Below are positions 19,331 through 28,598 of a DNA stretch of 64,000 nucleotides, one piece after another (the first letter of the stretch is position 1; every line of letters starts with the position of its first letter). The position numbers and the translations under genes are program-made. Under the pieces are notes generated by a model. It did no database searches and had not been told where the DNA came from. It saw only the letters and a list, made by a program, of their open reading frames with translations. Source of the stretch: Myxococcota bacterium (GTDB lineage Bacteria > Myxococcota_A > UBA9160 > UBA6930). The stretch covers positions 5,696,001 through 5,760,000 of the forward strand of contig OZ245002.1 of the NCBI GenBank assembly GCA_965223415.1. Direction: 5' to 3'.

Positions 19331-21894
19331 CGCCCCCGATCGAAGCTCCCGAAGCGCCAGACCAGCTCGACGCCGTAGGTGCGGCCCTCGCCGAAGCCCT
19401 GCACGATCCAGGGGAGCTGGCCCCCGGTGTTGGTCTGGAAGTCGATGCCGAACGGCTTGTACTTGCGGTCGAGGAGGTTGCGGCCCCAGAGCGCCAGCTC
19501 GACGCCGCCGAGGCCACCGACGCGGAAGTCGTGGATCGCAAGGCGGCCGTTCAGCAGGCCGTACTCGTTCTGGCTGGCCAGCGGCTCGTCGCAGTTCTGC
19601 AGACAGGTGTCGTCCTGCCAGTAGTAGTCGACGCGTCCGATCACGTCGCCCCAGGCGAACTCGCCCAGGAGGTACTGGATGCCGACGTTGAACTGGTGCT
19701 GGGGCACGTTCGCCAGGTCGCGCTCGCCGGCGAAGTTGCGCTCCCGGCCCTGGACCGCGTCGAACTCGAGGAACTCGATGAACTTCCCGATCGAGAGGCC
19801 GTAGCCCAGGTTGAGCGTCAGCCGCTCCGTCGGCTGGGCGAGCACCTCGAGCTCGGCGCCCCAGATCTGCGCCTGGCCGGCGTTCAGGACTGCGGAGGCG
19901 ATCACGCCGCTCGGATCGACTCGCAGCACGGTGCGCTGCATGTCGTCGTACTCCTGGAAGAAGCCGGCGGCGTTCACCCGGAGGCGGTTTTCGAAGGCGT
20001 CGAGCTTGAAGCCAGCCTCCCAGGAATCGACCGTCTCCTCCTCGAAGTTCTCCTCGAGCAGCTGCTCGGTGCCGGCGCGCACGTTGAAGCCACCGCTGTT
20101 GAAGCCGCGGGCCCAGGAGAAGTACGTCATGAAGTCGTCGGTCCAGCGGTAGGAGACCTTTGCGCTCGGCGTCCATGCGCTGAAGCCGTCGGTGTCGCCG
20201 ATCTTGCCGAGGCCCGGACAGCCGGGAACGTTGCCGTTGTACGTCCCCGCCGGGCAGCCGGTGAACGGGTTGCCGATGTGGACGTTCGGGAACGCGAACC
20301 CGGGCTGCACGCCGGGGATCGTGGCGAAGATCTCGGTCTGGGCCTTGCGGTGCTCCTTCGTGTAGCGGATGCCGAACTCGAGCTTGAGCCGGTCCTCGAG
20401 GATCGGCGGCGTGTATCCGAAGTGGCCGTAGAAGGCGATCGCCTGGTTGTCGACCTTCGGCAGCTGGAGCTGGGTCTGACCGATGTCCCCGAACAGGTTG
20501 AGCGTCACCGGGAAGAAGATGCCGGGGGCCACCTGGATCAGCTGGGTGACAGGCCCGAACCCGACGCTGTCGAACTGCGGGTCTTCGAAGACCTCCTGGG
20601 TCTGCCGCGAGCGCCCGTCCTCCTCGAAGTAGAAGGCGCCGAGCACGTACTCGAAGCGGCCCTCCATCGTGGTGCCGATCAGGTTCAGGTCCTGGCTGAA
20701 CTGATCCTTCCGGTCGTGGCTGCGGTTGAAGAAGATGTCGAAGGGCGTGCCGTCCCGGTCGGAGCTCTGGGACGAGCGGACGTCGCGGTAGCCGGTCACC
20801 GAGCGGATCAGGGCGTCGCCCAGGATCGGCAGCTCGCCCAGGTCCCAGTTCATGACCAGGCTGTGCCCCTCGACGTCGAGGCGGTCGTCGTTCGAGCCGT
20901 CGGTGCCCCGTGTCGAGTCACCCAGGGTGTCGATGTTCAGGTGGGTGGGCCTGGAGTACGTCGTGAACGGCCGAATATCGACGCCGAAGGCGCCGCCCGA
21001 AGCCGCGAAGGCCTGGCCGTTGACCAGCGCCCCCGCCGGATCATCGAACACGTGGGTGAGCGCCTGCTCGAGGCTCGACTCGCGGATGCGGTGCCGGTCC
21101 CACGCGTAGTCGATCACCAGGGGACCAAGGTCCCAGCGCAGCGCCACACGGCCTGCCAGTCGGCCGTTCTCGTCGGTGTCGCGGCCGAAGTGGTTGTCGT
21201 ACCAGGCATCCCGGTTGAGGGTGGCGAGGCTCGCCATGCCGCTGAGCGTGCCGAGGCAATCGCACACGCCGAGGCCTTCGCCCCCCCAGATCGGGAAGTC
21301 GAAGGTCGTGCGCACGTCCCAGCGGCCGCGGTTGCCGAGGCGGCTCGTCATCTGGATGCCCCACTGGCCCGAAGGCTTGCGGGTGATGAAGTTGATCGCG
21401 CCGCCGGTGGTGTTGCGCCCCCAGAGCGTGCCCTGGGGCCCGCGCAGGACCTCGATCCGCTCGAGATCGAGCACGTCGAGAAGGCTGCCCACGGTGATGC
21501 CGTTGTAGACCCCGTCCACGTAGATGCCTGTGGCGTGGTCGGCGCCGATCTGCCCGGTGTCGGCCCGGGCGATGCCACGGGAGTTGATGAAGAAGCCGGT
21601 GCCCCGGGCGTCGCGCTGGATGTTGAGATTGGGCGTGAAGCTGGTGAGATCCACGGCGTTCGAGATGCCCAGCTCGGTGATGTCCTCGGCGCTGAAGGCG
21701 GTCACCGAGACCGCGACGTCCTGGAGATTGGCCTCGCGCTTCTGGACCGTGACCACCATCTCTTCGATAGGGGCCTCGGCCTCCCTTGCGCTCTGGCTCG
21801 GCTCCTCGACCGCGCCCGTGTCCTGGCTCACCGCCGGGCCCGCGAGCCCCAGCGCCAATGTCAGTCCCATCCAGAAGAATCGGTACCGGCTCAT
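19327..21894 (-). CDS. TonB-dependent outer-membrane receptor
   Basis: Signal peptide, IEEMVVTVQKRE, RIEVLRGPQGTLWGRN..GGAIN, C-terminal beta-strand YGVELVWRF. Confidence 0.95.
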   Translation of the reverse strand: MSRYRFFWMGLTLALGLAGPAVSQDTGAVEEPSQSAREAEAPIEEMVVTVQKREANLQDVAVSVTAFSAEDITELGISNAVDLTSFTPNLNIQRDARGTGFFINSRGIARADTGQIGADHATGIYVDGVYNGITVGSLLDVLDLERIEVLRGPQGTLWGRNTTGGAINFITRKPSGQWGIQMTSRLGNRGRWDVRTTFDFPIWGGEGLGVCDCLGTLSGMASLATLNRDAWYDNHFGRDTDENGRLAGRVALRWDLGPLVIDYAWDRHRIRESSLEQALTHVFDDPAGALVNGQAFAASGGAFGVDIRPFTTYSRPTHLNIDTLGDSTRGTDGSNDDRLDVEGHSLVMNWDLGELPILGDALIRSVTGYRDVRSSQSSDRDGTPFDIFFNRSHDRKDQFSQDLNLIGTTMEGRFEYVLGAFYFEEDGRSRQTQEVFEDPQFDSVGFGPVTQLIQVAPGIFFPVTLNLFGDIGQTQLQLPKVDNQAIAFYGHFGYTPPILEDRLKLEFGIRYTKEHRKAQTEIFATIPGVQPGFAFPNVHIGNPFTGCPAGTYNGNVPGCPGLGKIGDTDGFSAWTPSAKVSYRWTDDFMTYFSWARGFNSGGFNVRAGTEQLLEENFEEETVDSWEAGFKLDAFENRLRVNAAGFFQEYDDMQRTVLRVDPSGVIASAVLNAGQAQIWGAELEVLAQPTERLTLNLGYGLSIGKFIEFLEFDAVQGRERNFAGERDLANVPQHQFNVGIQYLLGEFAWGDVIGRVDYYWQDDTCLQNCDEPLASQNEYGLLNGRLAIHDFRVGGLGGVELALWGRNLLDRKYKPFGIDFQTNTGGQLPWIVQGFGEGRTYGVELVWRFGSFDRGR

Positions 21895-22038
21895 CTGCGC
21901 TGGCCCTCCGTGCGCAATTCACGAACGGTGCGCAGTGAACAGCACGGCGGGGATTCCCGCAACGACCGAGAATCGGTCTGAGGGGTTTTCGCCTCGGCAC
22001 AACGCGAATCCCGGTGTGGGCGGCTACCTTTCGCCGTA

Positions 22039-23085
22039 ATGTCGCCTCCGGCCAGGCCCACCGGCGTCCTCCTGATCCAGCTCGGCACGCCCGAGGCGCC
22101 CCGCACCGCCGAGGTGCGGCGCTACCTGCGCGAGTTCCTGGGCGACCCGCGGGTGCTGGACATGCCCGCCCTCGGGCGCGCCCTGCTCCTGTACGGCGCC
22201 ATCCTTCCCTTCCGCTCGCCGCGCTCGGCCCGCGCCTACAGGCAGATCTGGGGCGAGGCGGGCTCGCCGCTCCTGGTGCACAGCCGCACCCTGGCGGAAG
22301 GCGTGGCGAAGCAGCTCGGCCCTGGCTTCCGGGTCGAGCTGGGCATGCGCTACCGGGAGCCCTCCCTCACCGGTGCGGTGGAGCGGCTCGCCGCGGCCGA
22401 GACGGAGCGCATCGTCGTGCTCCCGCTCTTCCCCCACGAGGCGGGCTCGTCCTCGGGCTCGGCGCTCCAGCGTGCCCTCGAGCTGCTGGGCGCGCGCTGG
22501 GACCCCCCGACCGTGACGACCCTCGGGCCCTTCTACGACGACCCGGGCTTCATCGAAGCGATCGCCGACGTGGCGCGTCCCCGGCTCGCCGCCTTCGACC
22601 CGGACCATGTGCTGCTGAGCTACCACGGCCTGCCCGAGCGCCAGGTGCGTCGCAGTGACGCCAGCGGAAGCCACTGCCTCGCGAAGGAAGGCTGCTGCGA
22701 CGGAATCGCCGACGCCAATCGCCACTGCTACCGGGCCCAGTGCTTCGCGACCAGCCGCGCCCTGGTCGCCGCCCTCTCGCTCGGCGAGGGGCAGGTCTCG
22801 ACCAGCTTCCAGTCCAGGCTGGGGCGGACGCCCTGGATTCGCCCGTTCACCGACGAGCGCCTGCCCGAGCTCGCGGCCCAGGGCGTGCGGCGCCTGGCGG
22901 TGCTGTGCCCCTCCTTCGTTGCCGACTGCCTCGAGACCCTCGAAGAGATCGGCATCCGCGGCCGCGACCAGTGGACGGAGCTCGGCGGCGAGGCTCTCGA
23001 ACTCGTGCCCTGCGTGAACGCCAGCCCGGCCTGGGTGGGCTGGGTCGCGGACCGGGTTCGAGCCGCCGCTCAACCGGGGCTGTAG
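22039..23085 (+). CDS. hemH: Ferrochelatase (probable [2Fe-2S]-binding type)
   Basis: LGTP, SYHGLP, FQSR.G..PW..P, FVADCLETLEEI; internal CX5CCX9C. Confidence 0.95.
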   Translation: MSPPARPTGVLLIQLGTPEAPRTAEVRRYLREFLGDPRVLDMPALGRALLLYGAILPFRSPRSARAYRQIWGEAGSPLLVHSRTLAEGVAKQLGPGFRVELGMRYREPSLTGAVERLAAAETERIVVLPLFPHEAGSSSGSALQRALELLGARWDPPTVTTLGPFYDDPGFIEAIADVARPRLAAFDPDHVLLSYHGLPERQVRRSDASGSHCLAKEGCCDGIADANRHCYRAQCFATSRALVAALSLGEGQVSTSFQSRLGRTPWIRPFTDERLPELAAQGVRRLAVLCPSFVADCLETLEEIGIRGRDQWTELGGEALELVPCVNASPAWVGWVADRVRAAAQPGL

Positions 23086-23846
23086 CCGACCCCGCCGTCG
23101 ATCTTGATGACCGCGCCGGTCGTGTAGCTCGAAGCCTCGCTCGCCAGGTAGAGGGCCGCGCCGACGATCTCCTCGGGCTCGCCACCGCGGCCCAGGGGAA
23201 TCGTGCTGGCCGCGGCCTTCCTGAATCCCTCCATGTCCCACGCCTTGCTGATGTCCGTGAGGAAGGGCCCCGGCATGATGCAGTTCACCCGGACCTTGGG
23301 GCCGAAGCTGCGCGCCATGCCGGTGGTGAGCGCGTGCAGCCCGGCTTTCGCGGCGCCGTAGGGAACCTCGACGGGGGAAGGCTGCTTGGCGGCCACACTG
23401 CTCACCATGATGATCGAGCCACCCTCGCCCTCGGCCATCCGGGTACCGATCCGCGCCGAGAGGCGGAACGGCCCCTTCAGGTTCACGCCCAGGACCTTGT
23501 CCCAGAGGTCCTCGGACACCTCGTCGAGCGACGGGTAGAGGGGCGACATGCCGGCGTTGTTCACCAGCACGTCGATGCGCCCGAAGGCGTCGAGGGCGGC
23601 GTCGACGAGCAGTTCGCACTGGTCCCAGTGCCCGACGTGGCAAGCGGCGGCCAGGGCGCGGCGTCCGGTCTCCGCCTCGACCTGCTTCGCCAGGGCCGCG
23701 CAGGCCTCCTGCTTGCGGCTCGAGATCACCACGTCCGCGCCTTGGCGGGCAAAGGCGAGCACCATCTCCTTGCCGAGGCCCCGGCTTCCGCCGGTGACCA
23801 GGGCGACCTTTCCCGTCAGGTCGAACAGCGCGTTGGCGTCGGTCAT
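23070..23846 (-). CDS. Short-chain dehydrogenase/reductase
   Basis: TGGSRGLG, NNAG, YGAAK. Confidence 0.93.
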   Translation of the reverse strand: MTDANALFDLTGKVALVTGGSRGLGKEMVLAFARQGADVVISSRKQEACAALAKQVEAETGRRALAAACHVGHWDQCELLVDAALDAFGRIDVLVNNAGMSPLYPSLDEVSEDLWDKVLGVNLKGPFRLSARIGTRMAEGEGGSIIMVSSVAAKQPSPVEVPYGAAKAGLHALTTGMARSFGPKVRVNCIMPGPFLTDISKAWDMEGFRKAAASTIPLGRGGEPEEIVGAALYLASEASSYTTGAVIKIDGGVGYSPG

Positions 23847-24745
23847 CGGCGGCTCCTTTCCGTGCCTCGAGGGGGCTCGTTCTCGACTCGCGTCCACCAG
23901 TAGTGGGCGTCGAAATCCTCGTCGCCGAGGAGCTGACGCCAGAAGCGGATGCGGTTCATGAACTCGAGCCGGCCCGTGTCCATCTCGAACCAGGCCTCGG
24001 GCCGGGTGAGGCTCGTCTGGACGTGCTCCGGATCCGGCGGCTGGGTGCCGTCGAAGATCGGCTGGGGCGCCGCCATCTCCGGCCTGAGATCGGCCGTGTT
24101 CCACAGCCGCACCTGGGGAACCGTCGGCCCGAGCCGGATCTTGAACATGAAGCGGGTGTCGTCGCTGCGGTTCACCTCGCCTCCGTGCCAGATGCCGTGG
24201 TGCATCGCGATCACAGTGCCCGCCGGGCACACCACCTTCTTCTGGCCGCGCATGTTCTGGTAGCGCCCCACCGCCGCTTCGCTCACGATGCGCAGGTGGG
24301 TGCCCGGCACGAAGCGGGTGCCGCCCATCTCCGGGGTCACCTCCTGGGGGAAGTAGAAGAGCTGGAGATCGAAGGCGCGGCGCGGATCGATCGTCGAGTC
24401 CTGGTGGAGGTGCTGGGCTCGCGGGCGGAAGCCCACGGCCTCGAGGTCCGCCGCCGGCGGGTTGAAGTGGGCGCCGTGGTGGTCGAAGACGGGATCCGGC
24501 CCGACCAGGCTGGTGATGATCCCCTGCACCCGCGGCAGGTCGAGGATCTCGCGCACGACACTTCCCGCATAGCATTCGCCAAGGGGCGTGCCGGCGGGGT
24601 TGCCGTGGATCCCCTGGGTGGCCCGGGCCTCTTCGAGGAAGCGCCGGTTCAGGGGCTCGGGCACCAGGGCGTCGAAGCGCAGGAAGCCTCGGGCGGCGAA
24701 GCGGGCCATCTCCGGGGTGGTGAGGCGCAGGTCCGGCTCGGTCAC
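23843..24745 (-). CDS. Phytanoyl-CoA dioxygenase (PhyH)-like Fe(II)/2OG oxygenase
   Basis: HQD and distal IWHGG facial triad, GGT.FVPGTH; GTGA-coupled start. Confidence 0.8.
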   Translation of the reverse strand: MTEPDLRLTTPEMARFAARGFLRFDALVPEPLNRRFLEEARATQGIHGNPAGTPLGECYAGSVVREILDLPRVQGIITSLVGPDPVFDHHGAHFNPPAADLEAVGFRPRAQHLHQDSTIDPRRAFDLQLFYFPQEVTPEMGGTRFVPGTHLRIVSEAAVGRYQNMRGQKKVVCPAGTVIAMHHGIWHGGEVNRSDDTRFMFKIRLGPTVPQVRLWNTADLRPEMAAPQPIFDGTQPPDPEHVQTSLTRPEAWFEMDTGRLEFMNRIRFWRQLLGDEDFDAHYWWTRVENEPPRGTERSRR

Positions 24746-25026
24746 GGGCCTTCCTCCATCTCGACCCATTGCTCGAAGGCGAACTCGTACTTGAGGTAGG
24801 AGGTGCGGAACTCGGCGCCCTCGGCGTGGGGTGCGAGCTGGGAGAGCTGGAAGAGCCGCCAGCCGTCGCGCAGGGCGTCGACGCCGGTGGCGTAGGGCGG
24901 CTCGTCCTGGTCGCCGGACATGGGCTCGGCCTCTCCGGTTCCGTCGTAGCGCGACCAGGCGATCACGGGCGAGTCGAGTGCCGAGTCCGCCAGGTAGAGG
25001 ATCAGGAGCTTCTGTCGCTTCGCCAT
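24742..25026 (-). CDS. Small hypothetical protein (94 aa) coupled to the PhyH gene
   Basis: Abuts the hemY stop and overlaps the PhyH start; PPYATGVDALRDGWRL. Confidence 0.7.
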   Translation of the reverse strand: MAKRQKLLILYLADSALDSPVIAWSRYDGTGEAEPMSGDQDEPPYATGVDALRDGWRLFQLSQLAPHAEGAEFRTSYLKYEFAFEQWVEMEEGP

Positions 25027-26373
25027 TCAGCGCGGCTCCAGCAGGCGCAGCGCCGCGGCCCGGCCGGCGCCGAGGGTATCCCCGACGCTGACACCGTCCA
25101 CCCAGCTTCCCACCACCTCGAGGGGCGGGAGCCCGCCCAGGACGGCGCGCAGGCGGGCGATGGCCGCCCGGTGGCCCGGGCCGGGCTGACAGATCGCCTG
25201 TCGCCAGCGATGGAAGGCCAGGGCTTCGAAGCCGCCGCGCAGGCCGAGGGCCCGATCCAGGGCCTCGGCGATGCGGGCGAGGAGCTCGTCGTCGGAGGCG
25301 TCTACGGCGCCGGGCCAGCGGCGGCCGCCGATCATCGCGGTCACGAGCTCGCGGCCCGGCGGGGCGCGGCCCGGGAAGAGCCGGCTCATGAACAGCGCGC
25401 CGAGCAGGTCGAGCTTCTCGCGCCTCGGCACGAGGAAGCCGAAGCCCTCGACCGGGTGGGTCGTGGCCAGGGTGGGGTCGACGGAAAGGGGCACGCTCAC
25501 CACCGGCGCGAACTCCACGGCGCCGGCCAGGGCCGAGGCCTCGGCGGACACGTCGGCCAGGAGTTCGGCGGCGGCCGGGGCCGGCACCGCCAGCACCACA
25601 CGGGCGGCCAGGAGCTCGCCCTCGTCGGTGACGAGGCGCCAGGCCTCCCCTTCGGCGGCGAGCCCGCGCACCGGCGTCGAGAGATGCAGGGCGTCGCGAA
25701 GGGGCGCGGCGAGGTGAGCCGCGAGACCGCCCATCCCCTTCGAGCCGGACCAGCTGCCCGGGGCGCCGGCCTCCACGCCCTCCACCAGGCGCCGGCGCAG
25801 CGAGCCCACGACGATCGAGCCGCCGAGCTGCTCCGCCTCGACCAGGGACGGGAAGACGGCGCCGGCACCGAGCTGGTGCTCGTCTCCCGCGTAGACGCCG
25901 ATCAGGAACGGGCCGATCAGGCCCTCGGTCACCTCGGCGCCGAGGCGACGGGTGACGAAGGCGGCGACGCTCTCGGTCTCGCCGGCGCCCCGCCCGATGA
26001 AGGGCTCGGCGAAGAGCCGGAGCTTTCCGCGCGCGCTCAAGAGCGGGCTCGTGGCGAAGGTGATCGGGTCCATCGGCACCGGCACGAGCCGGCCGCCGTG
26101 GAGCAGGAAGCGCTTGCGACTCGCCGGCCGGGCCTTCTGCAGCGCCGGCTCGAGACCCGTCTCGCGGAAGAGGGCCAGAGCCGGCGCGCCGACCCGGAAG
26201 GTGTTCGGACCGCGCTCGTGGAGGAAGCCGTCCTGGGCCACGGTCTGCATCACGCCGCCAGCGCGGTCGGAAGCTTCGAACAGCCGGAGCTCCGCGCCGC
26301 GCACGTGGAAGGTGGCGGCCGCCGCCAGGCCGGCGGCGCCGGCGCCGATCACGGCGACCTCGACGCGCTCCAC
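25027..26373 (-). CDS. hemY: Protoporphyrinogen/coproporphyrinogen oxidase (HemY-type, FAD)
   Basis: VIGAGAAGL, E.GPNTF, GVYAGD, GFGFLVP; directly after hemE. Confidence 0.9.
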   Translation of the reverse strand: MERVEVAVIGAGAAGLAAAATFHVRGAELRLFEASDRAGGVMQTVAQDGFLHERGPNTFRVGAPALALFRETGLEPALQKARPASRKRFLLHGGRLVPVPMDPITFATSPLLSARGKLRLFAEPFIGRGAGETESVAAFVTRRLGAEVTEGLIGPFLIGVYAGDEHQLGAGAVFPSLVEAEQLGGSIVVGSLRRRLVEGVEAGAPGSWSGSKGMGGLAAHLAAPLRDALHLSTPVRGLAAEGEAWRLVTDEGELLAARVVLAVPAPAAAELLADVSAEASALAGAVEFAPVVSVPLSVDPTLATTHPVEGFGFLVPRREKLDLLGALFMSRLFPGRAPPGRELVTAMIGGRRWPGAVDASDDELLARIAEALDRALGLRGGFEALAFHRWRQAICQPGPGHRAAIARLRAVLGGLPPLEVVGSWVDGVSVGDTLGAGRAAALRLLEPR

Positions 26374-26374
26374 C

Positions 26375-27421
26375 CTAGGCCTCCGGCGCCAAGGCGCGGG
26401 CCGCGTCGGTGAACGCCCGCACGCCTTCCACCGGCGTCTCCGGCAGGCAGCCGTGGCCCAGGTTGAGCACGTGACCGCGGGCGGCCCTTCCCGCGAGCTC
26501 GAGCTCCCGCACGCGCTCGAAGATCCGCTCCCGGGGAAGCGCGAGCTCCTCCGGAGCCAGGTTCCCCTGCACACCGGCGCGGCCGTTCGCCCGGCGGGCG
26601 GCCTCGGCGAGCTCGACGGCGGCGCCCACGGAGATGACGTCGACGCCGGTGTCCAGCATGGCGTCCACCAGATGGGGCGCATCGTTCATGTAGAGGATGA
26701 AGGGAGCGCGCTCCCGGTCCACGACCTCCACGATCGCCCGGTTCACGGGCAGCACGAAGCGCCGGTAGGTCGCCTCGTCGAGGGTGCCGGCCCAGGTGTC
26801 GAAGAGCTGGACGACCTGGGCGCCCGCGTCGATCTGGGCGTTCAGGTAGGCGCCGGTCATGGTCGCCAGGCGGCCCAGCAGCGCGTCCACCAGCTCCGGA
26901 TCCGCCTCCATGCGCTCGCGCAGCTGCGGGAAGGTGCGCGTCGGATCGCCGGCGCCCTCCACCAGGTAGGTGGCGAGGGTGAAGGGAGCGCCGGCGAAGC
27001 CGATCAGCGGAATGCGAGGCGCCGCCAGCTCGCGGCGCAGCCGGCGCAGGATCTCGAAGACGTAGGGCACGGCCTCATCGAAGTCCGGTTCCGCCAGCGC
27101 CTCCACCTGCTCCCGGTTGCGGATCGGCTGCGCGATGATCGGTCCGGGCGCAAAATCGAGGGCGACGTCCATCCCGAGGACCGGCACGAAGATGTCGCAG
27201 AAGAACACGACCGCTTCGCTCCCCACCAGATGGATCGGCTGGAGGGAGACCTCGACGGCCTTCTCCACGTCGGCGCACATCTCGAGGAAGGTCGTGCCTT
27301 CCCGCACGGCCCGGTACTCGGGCAGGTAGCGGCCGGCCTGACGCATCAGCCAGACCGGCGGCCGGTCCACGGGCTCTCCGCGACAGGCGCGGAGCATCCG
27401 CTCCGTGGGATCGAGCGGCAT
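26375..27421 (-). CDS. hemE: Uroporphyrinogen decarboxylase
   Basis: PVWLMRQAGRYLPEY, GFAGAPFT, NLGHG. Confidence 0.97.
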   Translation of the reverse strand: MPLDPTERMLRACRGEPVDRPPVWLMRQAGRYLPEYRAVREGTTFLEMCADVEKAVEVSLQPIHLVGSEAVVFFCDIFVPVLGMDVALDFAPGPIIAQPIRNREQVEALAEPDFDEAVPYVFEILRRLRRELAAPRIPLIGFAGAPFTLATYLVEGAGDPTRTFPQLRERMEADPELVDALLGRLATMTGAYLNAQIDAGAQVVQLFDTWAGTLDEATYRRFVLPVNRAIVEVVDRERAPFILYMNDAPHLVDAMLDTGVDVISVGAAVELAEAARRANGRAGVQGNLAPEELALPRERIFERVRELELAGRAARGHVLNLGHGCLPETPVEGVRAFTDAARALAPEA

Positions 27422-27428
27422 GGAGCGC

Positions 27429-28571
27429 TCAGTAGCCGCCCAGCTCGGCCCAGCGGCCGCGGTGGTAGGCGGCGTCTCCGAAAGTCAGCTCCGCGGCGCG
27501 GGCCCGCTTCATGTAGAAGCCGATGTCGTACTCGTCGGTCATACCGACCCCGCCGAACATCTGCACGGCCTCGTTGGTAACGCGCACGTAGGCCTCGGAG
27601 CAGTGGGCCTTGGCCAGGGACACGAGGCGGGGAAGCTCGGCGTCCTCCGCGTCGGCGGCGCGGGCCGCCGCCATCACGACGCTCTTCGCCAGCTCGATGT
27701 CGATGAAGAGGTCCGCAGCCCGGTGCTTCAGGGCCTGGAACGTGCCGATCACGGTGTCGAACTGCTTGCGGTTCTTCAGGTGGTCGAGGGTGAGGTCGAA
27801 GGCCTCCTGCATGCCGCCCAGCATCTCGGCGCACAGGCCGATGGTGGCGCGTTCCACGCTCTCCCGGAGGAGCCGCCCTCCCCCGCCGACCCCGCCCAGG
27901 GCATCGCCCGCGGCAACGCGCACGCCGTCGAAGGCGACGACCGCCGCGTTGCGACCGTCGACCCGGTGCTGCCGCGTCACCGCGAGGCCCGCCGCGTCTC
28001 GCGGCACCGTGAAGAGGCTGATGCCGGCCTCCTTCCCGTTCTCGCCCGACGTCCGGGCCGAGACGAGCAGGGAGTCCGCGACGTGGCCGTCGAGGACCTG
28101 CACCGCCTCGCCGCGCAGCGCGAAGCCGTCGCCGCTCGCTTCGGCGACGACTCCGGGCGCGAGCAGGTCGTAGCGGCTGCGGGGCCCCTGGTAGGCCAGG
28201 GCGAGGATCACGTCGCCGGCGACCACGCCGGGCAGCCATCGGGCGCAAGCGACCTCGTCGCCAGAGCGGGCCACAGCCTGGCCGGCGAGGAGCACGGTGG
28301 AGAGAAAGGGCTCCGGGGCCAGGCCGCGGCCCAGGGCCTCCATCACCACCGCGAGCTCCGCCATGCCGAGGTCGGCGCCGCCGTGGGTCTCGGCGAAGGG
28401 AATGCCGAGCCAGCCGAGATCGGCCATCTCCTTCCAGAGCGCCCGCGAGAAGCCGTCGGCGTCGTTCGCGTCGCGGAGCTCCCGCACCCGCGAGACGGGA
28501 GAGCGCTCGGCGACGAAGTCCGCGGCGGTCTTCGCGATCAGTTCCTGGTCTTCGGTCTGGATCAGCTCCAC
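27429..28571 (-). CDS. Acyl-CoA dehydrogenase (probable second subunit of a heteromeric pair)
   Basis: RKQF..IGTFQALKH, QMFGGVGMT.E. Confidence 0.9.
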   Translation of the reverse strand: MELIQTEDQELIAKTAADFVAERSPVSRVRELRDANDADGFSRALWKEMADLGWLGIPFAETHGGADLGMAELAVVMEALGRGLAPEPFLSTVLLAGQAVARSGDEVACARWLPGVVAGDVILALAYQGPRSRYDLLAPGVVAEASGDGFALRGEAVQVLDGHVADSLLVSARTSGENGKEAGISLFTVPRDAAGLAVTRQHRVDGRNAAVVAFDGVRVAAGDALGGVGGGGRLLRESVERATIGLCAEMLGGMQEAFDLTLDHLKNRKQFDTVIGTFQALKHRAADLFIDIELAKSVVMAAARAADAEDAELPRLVSLAKAHCSEAYVRVTNEAVQMFGGVGMTDEYDIGFYMKRARAAELTFGDAAYHRGRWAELGGY

Positions 28572-28598
28572 GGGGAGACCTCGGTCGTTTGCGCGCGG

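Noticed and set aside
21895..22038. Cobalamin or TPP riboswitch upstream of the TonB-dependent receptor
   Set aside because: No B12 box or TPP consensus recognisable; the region is short and shared with the hemH promoter.
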